DNA from: a virus
Lineage: Duplodnaviria > Caudoviricetes
Strand: one strand, 5' to 3'
IMG/VR virus record: IMGVR_UViG_3300011116_001229
DNA: 64,000 nt
Shown here in pieces: positions 56,616-63,356 of the stretch. Every line of letters starts with the position of its first letter. Positions within the stretch are counted from its first letter, which is position 1. A program made the translations under genes and the position numbers. Below the pieces are notes generated by a model. That model saw only the letters and a list, made by a program, of their open reading frames with translations, ran no database searches and was not told the DNA's origin.

Positions 56616-56966
56616 TCAAAGAGAACACTTGTAGTCCTCTATGCTCTCAAGCCACACGCCCTTGCTGAAACCGCCCTTTGATTCTCGTTTTCTTCTCGCT
56701 GCATCGACGAGGTCCTTGTCAACATAACCCTCGTCGCTCAGTATGGCGATGAGAACTTCGTAGATGTCTGCAGCTTCTTCGAGAATGTATTCTCTACAGA
56801 CAGTAGATTGAAGCTCTTTGATTTCTTCAAGCAATTTCTGATTGAGCGCAAGTCTACGCTCAGCTCTCGACAACTGCTTGGTATGAGCTTTTGAACTACG
56901 ACTTTCTATGATCTCTGGTATCTTGTCTCGAACAAGCTTCTCATACTTGGTAATGTGATTGCTCAT
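56616..56966 (-). CDS. MazG-like/phosphoribosyl-ATP pyrophosphohydrolase-like protein
   Basis: 'KLVRDKIPEII', 'KLLEE..E', 'EEAADIYEV', 'KRESKGGF'. Confidence 0.8.
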   Translation of the reverse strand: MSNHITKYEKLVRDKIPEIIESRSSKAHTKQLSRAERRLALNQKLLEEIKELQSTVCREYILEEAADIYEVLIAILSDEGYVDKDLVDAARRKRESKGGFSKGVWLESIEDYKCSL

Positions 56967-57016
56967 GTGCACGATAATACACAGCAATCGAAAAATTTAC
57001 TGAGAATAAGAAAATT

Positions 57017-57093
57017 TGGTGGGCCATCCCCGTCCTGCCCGGGGGACCTCCACTTTATCAGAGTGGCTATCTAACTAACTGATATAATGGCCC
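57017..57093 (-). tRNA. tRNA-Ile(GAU), atypical D/T loops, CCA encoded
   Basis: GGGCCAT/ATGGCCC acceptor, TATC/GATA D stem, CCACT-CTGATAA-AGTGG, CCCCG-GGCAGGA-CGGGG, ACCA. Confidence 0.8.
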
Positions 57094-57094
57094 T

Positions 57095-57181
57095 TGGTGG
57101 AACGGGAAGGATTCGAACCTTCGTAGACATGACGTCAAAGCGTTTACAGCGCTTCCCCTTTAACCTCTCGGGCACCATTCC
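57095..57181 (-). tRNA. tRNA-Tyr(GUA), long variable arm, CCA encoded
   Basis: GGAATGG/CCGTTCC acceptor, anticodon loop CTGTAAA, GAAGG-TTCGAAT-CCTTC, ACCA. Confidence 0.92.
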
Positions 57182-57185
57182 ATAG

Positions 57186-57257
57186 AGCCGCCCGTGGGAG
57201 TCAAACCCACCTGATCCTCATTACAAGTGAGGTGCATGATCGCTATGCTAGAGCGGC
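57186..57257 (-). tRNA. tRNA-Thr(UGU), no encoded CCA
   Basis: GCCGCTC/GGGCGGC acceptor, CCTCA-CTTGTAA-TGAGG, GTGGG-TTTGACT-CCCAC. Confidence 0.82.
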
Positions 57258-57270
57258 AAAATTTTAATTT

Positions 57271-57447
57271 TCAAGGAGGAAGTACAGAATAAGATTCAGA
57301 ATCTCTGACCTCGCAAGAATCGTTGTAGAGATACCGACCATTGACGACTCTTACACAGTTATACTGATGCTTCGGAGGCACTGCAGGGAAGTCCCACTCT
57401 CGGTAGCAGCCCGTCAGGGAAACACAGAGAATTAACAGTGTCCTCAT
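57271..57447 (-). CDS. small putative lipoprotein
   Basis: 'MRTLLILCVSLTGC' lipobox-like start inside the longer called ORF. Confidence 0.45.
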   Translation of the reverse strand: MRTLLILCVSLTGCYREWDFPAVPPKHQYNCVRVVNGRYLYNDSCEVRDSESYSVLPP

Positions 57448-57498
57448 GAAGTCAATATACACCTGGGTCTCGAATTTGTGCATATTTATTACACCGCT

Positions 57499-57933
57499 AT
57501 GCTTAATTCTTTGGAATACAATCCATTCCATCCTGACAACCTTCCGAACGACACCGAAATACTCATGCACACTACTTCTGTGTTCTGCATCAGCTGCGGA
57601 AATGATCTCATCCATCTTTGGGAAGCTCAGTGTTGTAAGTCTTGCCTGAAGAGAAAGATCAAGGAAGAAGATGAGGCAGGCTGGCTTTCAAAGAAAAAAT
57701 TTAATCTACAAGATTTTAAGCCGGGAACTCTATTCAGGGTATGGTGGCGCGGTAACAAGAAATCTGCTTTCATTCGCATGGTAATTGCTGCAGGCACAGA
57801 AGACGGCAATCCATGGCTCTCATTAATAGACCCAGCAACTAAATCACTGATGTGCTGGGGTTCTCACTCGATACAGCTCAGCGTTGTTCCTCTCTTGCAT
57901 GGAGGTCATCTAGGAATACAGAAAATTTGTTGA
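57499..57933 (+). CDS. hypothetical protein with CxxC...CxxC zinc ribbon
   Basis: ATATTTA 57482-57488 before ATG 57499; 'CISC...CKSC'. Confidence 0.5.
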   Translation: MLNSLEYNPFHPDNLPNDTEILMHTTSVFCISCGNDLIHLWEAQCCKSCLKRKIKEEDEAGWLSKKKFNLQDFKPGTLFRVWWRGNKKSAFIRMVIAAGTEDGNPWLSLIDPATKSLMCWGSHSIQLSVVPLLHGGHLGIQKIC

Positions 57934-57962
57934 TGCAAGTTCTCACGACCGCGCAGTATAGT
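57933..57962 (+). promoter_or_regulatory. sigma70-like promoter
   Basis: ATGCAA-18 nt-TATAGT; ATG 57970 is 7 nt downstream. Confidence 0.45.
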
Positions 57963-57969
57963 ATGATAC

Positions 57970-58899
57970 ATGGCTTTAGGACTTTGCTGTCAGTACGTAG
58001 AGATCGAGCGATCGCCTCGAGGCATCGAGAAGCAGAAAAACATCTTCGACGAGCGCATCTTGCAGCTGGGTCGATGGAACCAAGGAAAGTATTCAGAAGA
58101 TGAAATCAAACATGTTTATCTCAGTAACGCTGATAATCTCCTCACCGCTTTCCGCAGAGTTATTAGCGATGGCTACAAGTGCTTTCGTGTTTCTTCTAAC
58201 CTGATTCCACTCGCCGACAAGGTACCGCGCCACTGGTGGGACAATGACAAGCTTCGTGAGCGATACTGGAAGTTTGGCGAACTAGCTAAACGCGAAGGTG
58301 TACGCATCACCATGCATCCTGGGCAGTTCGTCGTCCTATCTTCTGACTCTGCTAACGTCGTGAAGAATGCTGTGGGCGACCTCGAGACACACGCATGGAT
58401 CATGGAAGCTATGGAACTAGATCGATCTCCGTTCTATGCGATTAATATCCACGGAGGTAAAGGTGGGCGACCGGACAATCTCATTCGAGAGATCAAGAGT
58501 CTGCCAGATCACATTCGATCTAGACTCACACTCGAGAACTGTGAAAACGCTTACAGTGCTACAGACCTGAATCCGGTCTGTGAAGCTACTGGCGTGCCAA
58601 TCGTCCTCGATGTTCATCACCATACTTTTCGCACAGGAGGTTTGTCTCTAGGTGAAGCTATTGAATTAGCTACAAAGACGTGGCGTGGTGTGAAACCACT
58701 GCAGCATCTCTCAAACACGAGTCCTGATGTGCCCACTGAAGCTCCTGCTTCAAAGCGACGTGCTCACTCTGACTGGGTCCACTACATCCCTGCTGAACAA
58801 AGAGCTGTTCTAAACAAAGTGGATGTCGAGATGGAGTTCAAGATGAAGAATTGGGCCATTGAACTAGCTGTGAAGGACCACGGCTTGCCACTCGTCTAA
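57970..58899 (+). CDS. uvsE: UV damage endonuclease
   Basis: 'LGLCC', 'FRVSS', 'TMHPGQF', 'NIHGG', 'LTLENC', 'LDVHH', 'QHLS', 'AHSD', 'EFKMKN'. Confidence 0.92.
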   Translation: MALGLCCQYVEIERSPRGIEKQKNIFDERILQLGRWNQGKYSEDEIKHVYLSNADNLLTAFRRVISDGYKCFRVSSNLIPLADKVPRHWWDNDKLRERYWKFGELAKREGVRITMHPGQFVVLSSDSANVVKNAVGDLETHAWIMEAMELDRSPFYAINIHGGKGGRPDNLIREIKSLPDHIRSRLTLENCENAYSATDLNPVCEATGVPIVLDVHHHTFRTGGLSLGEAIELATKTWRGVKPLQHLSNTSPDVPTEAPASKRRAHSDWVHYIPAEQRAVLNKVDVEMEFKMKNWAIELAVKDHGLPLV

Positions 58900-58901
58900 T
58901 C

Positions 58902-59375
58902 TCACATTTCACTGCTACGCGGGGCGTTGCGCTTGGATCCACCGATCCGGGGCACGCCCATCTTGCTTTTTGCAGCTTCATCACATCTATCACATAGGAT
59001 CTTAATCCATCCGGTGCCGCGCTTTTCACCCGGACAGCCGCAACCCTCGCACGTGCGATGAGTCATAGATTCTGCCATCATGACAAGACCTTCAATGACG
59101 TCGTCTCCTCCGCTGTAGTAGAAACGAAGCGTGCCGAACTTCTCTTTTACTTGGTCGGCAACAACCTGGAGAGACTCGACTTCTTCTGCAGAGAGATTCT
59201 TAGACTTCCAGTCGATATAGTTCTGAATCTCGTGGCACAGGATATCTATGATGTCAAACCATCCAGAATCACACTCAAAACCCCAGGCCATGGGAGTATC
59301 CATGATCGAACCGTCACGATTCTTGAAGATCTTCGGATATTTTTGACAGAGAATTTTGTCTTCGTCTTCAGTCAT
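58902..59375 (-). CDS. conserved phage hypothetical protein
   Basis: 'GFEC.SGW', 'QVKEKFGTLRFYY', 'CEGCG'. Confidence 0.7.
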   Translation of the reverse strand: MTEDEDKILCQKYPKIFKNRDGSIMDTPMAWGFECDSGWFDIIDILCHEIQNYIDWKSKNLSAEEVESLQVVADQVKEKFGTLRFYYSGGDDVIEGLVMMAESMTHRTCEGCGCPGEKRGTGWIKILCDRCDEAAKSKMGVPRIGGSKRNAPRSSEM

Positions 59376-59450
59376 ATTTCAAATTATATAACAAAAAAGG
59401 AGCTTTTACTTTTGTAAAAACTCCATTATATCATTGCTAAATTAGCAGTA

Positions 59451-59960
59451 TCAGGCGCTACGTCGAGCAGATGAAGTTGCTGGACTAAATCTTCCGACGC
59501 CAACACCTCTGTCGCCCATTGGTTTTATTTTACCTTTAATCTTTGCAACTTCCATTACTTCCTGTATAGCAGCTCTGAAAAGATCGATGCCTAACACGGC
59601 AACGTCATTGTCTTCTCCGACGTAGCCGTTGTCTTTAAGCATGTCTTTTGCATTTTTTTGGAGACTCATAAGACTCTCTTTTATTTGCATTTGGGTCTTA
59701 GACTCTGCTGCATCATTTTTTGCTTCTTGCTGCTTACTAAGTTTCTCTTTTTCTTCTTCACGAGATTTTTTGAATGCTTCTTTTCCACCGCTAATAGCGC
59801 CCTTAACAGCTTTGCCAAGAGAATCAAAGAGACCTTCATCAAGATTCTCAGCTAGCATTCTGACTTGTCTTTGCGTGGGACTGTAGCCCTTGGACTCAAG
59901 TATGACTTTAACGTATTCTTCGCGAATTATCTGCTGTAATTGATCTTTTGTTATTTTCAT
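59451..59960 (-). CDS. hypothetical protein with MKITKDQLQQIIREEY N-terminus
   Basis: ATATTTA upstream (59988-59994 minus strand). Confidence 0.7.
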   Translation of the reverse strand: MKITKDQLQQIIREEYVKVILESKGYSPTQRQVRMLAENLDEGLFDSLGKAVKGAISGGKEAFKKSREEEKEKLSKQQEAKNDAAESKTQMQIKESLMSLQKNAKDMLKDNGYVGEDNDVAVLGIDLFRAAIQEVMEVAKIKGKIKPMGDRGVGVGRFSPATSSARRSA

Positions 59961-60043
59961 AAAGTTTCTCTAAGCAATGATGCCTAATAAATATTGCTTC
60001 CATGTGAAAATAACAGCAGGAGTAGTAATTTATTTAAAGATGG

Positions 60044-60709
60044 TCAAGTTCCGTTGATATAAGCTAATGTTTCAAGATTTTCGTAGCTGTCTACATATCC
60101 TTCTCGTACCTCAATGACCTTCATGGTGCGTGGGTCCACAACGGTATTAAGGGGAGTTGAAAATAAACTTTTATGAGCGAAAAGAGCGCTGGGATCAGCA
60201 CCCACGTCGACTGAATTGAGACTGTACATAGATTTCCATTGGATTGCCGAGCTAATATCAGCAGGACTATTCGTAGGAGAATTAAAAACCAACGTTACAA
60301 TCTTTATATTTAGACCCGAATCCCGCCAGAAAGAAGCTCTACTTTCAAGCTCTTTTGCTTCTTTGACGCATGCTTGACAGTTGTACTTAGAAGTTATGAC
60401 TAGAACAGCATCGATATTCTTGATGCCATCAGGATCATACCAGTCTACTACGTATAATTTTGTAGGAGAGCTTTCTCCAGTTTTCACTCCGTCCCACTCA
60501 AAAGAAGCTGGGACTATTTGATCTATTGTGACTCCACCGGGCCCGTCAGGCCAGCTGTAGTCAGCTCCCGACGCAGATGAACTTGCTGCAGAAACGCCTA
60601 CAGTCGATGTATTTGAGCTTGAAGTACCGTGAACAGGATAGGGTTTGATCTTTCGATCCCCACAACCCAGCACAGAACACACCAGAAGACCCAAGATTAA
60701 TTTTCTCAT
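60044..60709 (-). CDS. lipoprotein with thioredoxin-like (CxxC redoxin) domain
   Basis: Lipobox 'VLGC', Ser-rich linker, 'DWYDPDG', 'CQAC', 'TP.NTVVDPRTMKVI'. Confidence 0.75.
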   Translation of the reverse strand: MRKLILGLLVCSVLGCGDRKIKPYPVHGTSSSNTSTVGVSAASSSASGADYSWPDGPGGVTIDQIVPASFEWDGVKTGESSPTKLYVVDWYDPDGIKNIDAVLVITSKYNCQACVKEAKELESRASFWRDSGLNIKIVTLVFNSPTNSPADISSAIQWKSMYSLNSVDVGADPSALFAHKSLFSTPLNTVVDPRTMKVIEVREGYVDSYENLETLAYINGT

Positions 60710-60755
60710 AATTTTTATATTAACTTATAAAGTCAATAAATGACATAATTAAAGT

Positions 60756-60950
60756 ATGCTCTCAGAGTCAGAGGAAATATTACTCAGACAGATCATCTCA
60801 GAAATAATAAGAAAATGTGGAACCAAACGGTGGTGTCTTTATACTAAGAAAAAAGATCCCACATCTGGCAAGAGAAGGCGCCTAGGCACTCATAGGTCTA
60901 GATCGGGAGCAAAGCGTCAAGAGAGAGCTATTAAAGCACGCGGTGGGTGA
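60756..60950 (+). CDS. small basic protein with LLRQIISEII motif
   Basis: ATAATTA 4 nt upstream; Lys/Arg-rich. Confidence 0.6.
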   Translation: MLSESEEILLRQIISEIIRKCGTKRWCLYTKKKDPTSGKRRRLGTHRSRSGAKRQERAIKARGG

Positions 60951-61500
60951 AGCGAGTCTTACTAATGTAGTCGTACATCGCAATGGAAGAAGCTGTGCCC
61001 ACATTCAGACTACGAACAGATCCGAAATTAGGAATCTCTACGAGAATGTCGCAAAGTTTCATTACGTCTTCTTGAATACCCTTGCCTTCTTCTCCTACAA
61101 TGATACAGGGAGTTTTTTCCAATTTCCAGTCGAAGTTGTAGAGCGGAACAGTGCCTGGGACGTTGTTTTCAAATCCCACGAATGTGTATCGATCTTTTAG
61201 AATATTGAGATCATCCCACGAATTTAAGTGCTTTACGGGCGTGTATTTGTAGACGCCTACTGCCCCTCGCCGGTCGATCTTCTTCTTTCCGTAGTAGAAG
61301 AACTCTGAAGCTCCGTGGAAATTCGCTGATCGAATTGCAGATCCAATATTAAAATCACCCTCAACATGCGTCATGAGCACGGCAAATCCGTTAGACTTCT
61401 TAGCAATTTGTACTCTAATCTCTTCATCTGAGAGTGTCTTAAATTCATCAATGACATTTCGTGTCCACTGGCAAAAGGGACTATTTGGATCGTATGACAT
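60931..61500 (-). CDS. SpoU/TrmH family RNA 2'-O-methyltransferase (SPOUT)
   Basis: 'FNIGSAIRSA', 'VGEEGKG', 'VEIPNFG.VRSLNV.TA'. Confidence 0.9.
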   Translation of the reverse strand: MSYDPNSPFCQWTRNVIDEFKTLSDEEIRVQIAKKSNGFAVLMTHVEGDFNIGSAIRSANFHGASEFFYYGKKKIDRRGAVGVYKYTPVKHLNSWDDLNILKDRYTFVGFENNVPGTVPLYNFDWKLEKTPCIIVGEEGKGIQEDVMKLCDILVEIPNFGSVRSLNVGTASSIAMYDYISKTRFTHRVL

Positions 61501-61542
61501 ATAAGCATGTATAACATTCGCGTGCGTCAAGTTGCAGCTTCT

Positions 61543-61773
61543 TTAATCAACAACGTAGATATAATCACTGTATGTCCAACCGACCGCATCGCCTACGATA
61601 ATGCGCACCCTCCTGTAATTCCTTTTCGGTTTAAAATCGATTATTTCAATGATTATTCCCGGTACTTCTCTCCACGTCAATTCTACGTCGTCTATCTGTT
61701 CATCCATGCTCTCTGGTCTACTGAACAGAAACTCTTCATCATTCTCGGGAAGAACTAAATCGCCTACTTTCAT
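61543..61773 (-). CDS. small SH3/KOW-like hypothetical protein
   Basis: 'MKVGDLV...GIII...VGW'. Confidence 0.55.
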   Translation of the reverse strand: MKVGDLVLPENDEEFLFSRPESMDEQIDDVELTWREVPGIIIEIIDFKPKRNYRRVRIIVGDAVGWTYSDYIYVVD

Positions 61774-61997
61774 TGAATTTTTCTCAACCTATTTTTCCAC
61801 GTCCAACCAATCCTACCGTTTTGGCTTACAACTTTTATATTATCACTAATAATTTCTAGAATCGTCATCAAACCGCTAGTAGGAACGTGTCCGGTTTCTG
61901 CAGGCTTCATGAGTCTGATCTCATCTCTCAGCCAAATACCGGAATGGTAATCTGGGTGTACTGATACTAGCTCTCCCACAGCAAAAGTAATTCTCAT
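61770..61997 (-). CDS. small SH3/KOW-like hypothetical protein
   Basis: 'FAVGELV...IGW'. Confidence 0.5.
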   Translation of the reverse strand: MRITFAVGELVSVHPDYHSGIWLRDEIRLMKPAETGHVPTSGLMTILEIISDNIKVVSQNGRIGWTWKNRLRKIQ

Positions 61998-62065
61998 ATG
62001 TTTATCATAACTAGTTTATTCTTTTTAGCATTTACTAATTGCGTGCGGATTGATAATTATGTGAC

Positions 62066-62419
62066 ATGAACGAGTCACAGCAATTATTGAGCCTCATACG
62101 AGAGCTCATCACAGAAATTGTGATTTTAGAAAAGACGAAGAGAAGCAAGCCGGGTGGGCCCTTGACAAAACTAGGCGCTTTAAAAAAGCTTCATCCTGGT
62201 GAATTTGCAATAAACGTCAAGGGTGCAGTTGATTCCGCTAAGGGAAGCGTTGCTGATGCAGCTCAAAATTTAGGTGTTGCTGACAGAACGCTTTACCACT
62301 ACCTTGACACTATTCCCACGCTTAGTCGAGTGAAGACGACAGAGGACAGAGAAAAAGAAAAAGAAGAAAAAAGAAAGTCTGACGAGAGAAAACGACTAAA
62401 GAAATCTCAGACTAAATAG
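62066..62419 (+). CDS. HTH (Fis-like) protein with LIRELITE N-terminus
   Basis: 'VADAAQNLGVADRTLYHYL'; ATAATTA 6 nt upstream. Confidence 0.65.
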   Translation: MNESQQLLSLIRELITEIVILEKTKRSKPGGPLTKLGALKKLHPGEFAINVKGAVDSAKGSVADAAQNLGVADRTLYHYLDTIPTLSRVKTTEDREKEKEEKRKSDERKRLKKSQTK

Positions 62420-62954
62420 TTCCAAATCCATCTCCGAAGCCATCGCCAAATCCATCGCCTTCACCAGCAGTGTCTCCCTCGATATTATCTGTGTTTTCAG
62501 AGCCACTAAGCGGGTCTTTATTTGCGTCAGCTTCAGTAGATTTATTCAAATCATGTGATTTTTCTGATTCAATCTTACTGTCGACATAACTCATCAGTAT
62601 CTTTTCAAGATCAGCTTTGTCAACCTTGCTGAGGTCGATCTTGTTTTCTTTGGCAGCTGAATACAATTCATTTGGTCTGATTCCCGATGACTGAAAAGAC
62701 TTAGCTAATGAACTATCTCTTGAGAGGTAACCCCAGGGAGAGCCCCCGCCATAGTCACCATAGCCATATCCATAACCGTAACCTCCTCCATAGCCACCGT
62801 AACCGCCACCGTAGGAACCTTTTGAAGAGCTACTGGTGCTCGTCCTTCTCTTCTTGATCGCATCTATAGTCTTGCGCAACATGTCGCTAGACATAGACTC
62901 ATTCAGCACGAGCTTAATAGCTTCTCTTAGTAATTGCTCTTCACGCTTCTTCAT
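62412..62954 (-). CDS. Gly/Tyr-rich low-complexity protein with LLREAIKLVLNE N-terminus
   Basis: 'GGYGGYGGGYGYGYGYG', '(GDGF)3'; ATAATTA 6 nt upstream. Confidence 0.65.
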   Translation of the reverse strand: MKKREEQLLREAIKLVLNESMSSDMLRKTIDAIKKRRTSTSSSSKGSYGGGYGGYGGGYGYGYGYGDYGGGSPWGYLSRDSSLAKSFQSSGIRPNELYSAAKENKIDLSKVDKADLEKILMSYVDSKIESEKSHDLNKSTEADANKDPLSGSENTDNIEGDTAGEGDGFGDGFGDGFGTI

Positions 62955-62981
62955 GATGCATAATTATTAGAATCACTGCGA

Positions 62982-63296
62982 CTATTCACCTTTTAGTCTA
63001 TCTAGGCCTAACTCTCTTACGCCTCGTGCAAACCACCAAGTGAGTATACCTACTGGTACAGCAGTCCAGAACACACATGATTTCCATGCTTCCCACGCGA
63101 AAGGAAGATAGTCTAAGCACAGACAAATTACAAACGCCCATGTGCCGAAAAATAGTGTGTAAACTGGAAAAACAATAGTCGCGAATAGAAATTGCGTGAG
63201 TCGAGGAAAGAACACAGCTAGGAAAAAGCTGGCGACGAAAGCCCAACCTGCACCGAACAAATAAGCAAATCCCCAGGCTAATAGCCAACCTAGCAT
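62982..63296 (-). CDS. multi-pass membrane protein
   Basis: Three to four hydrophobic segments. Confidence 0.55.
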   Translation of the reverse strand: MLGWLLAWGFAYLFGAGWAFVASFFLAVFFPRLTQFLFATIVFPVYTLFFGTWAFVICLCLDYLPFAWEAWKSCVFWTAVPVGILTWWFARGVRELGLDRLKGE

Positions 63297-63356
63297 GATG
63301 CTTATATTATGATTTGATTTTTATTTTGTTTAATTGAGACCATGGTCTCACTGTAA

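Noticed and set aside
57017-57093. Odd tRNA(GAU) acting as an initiator for the ATC start of fpg
   Set aside because: It has a paired G1-C72 and lacks the three consecutive G-C anticodon-stem pairs that define initiator tRNAs.
57448-57615. 5' half of ORF 57271..57615 (-)
   Set aside because: Overlaps the + strand ORF that has an ATANTTA element; only the lipobox-starting part from 57447 is retained.
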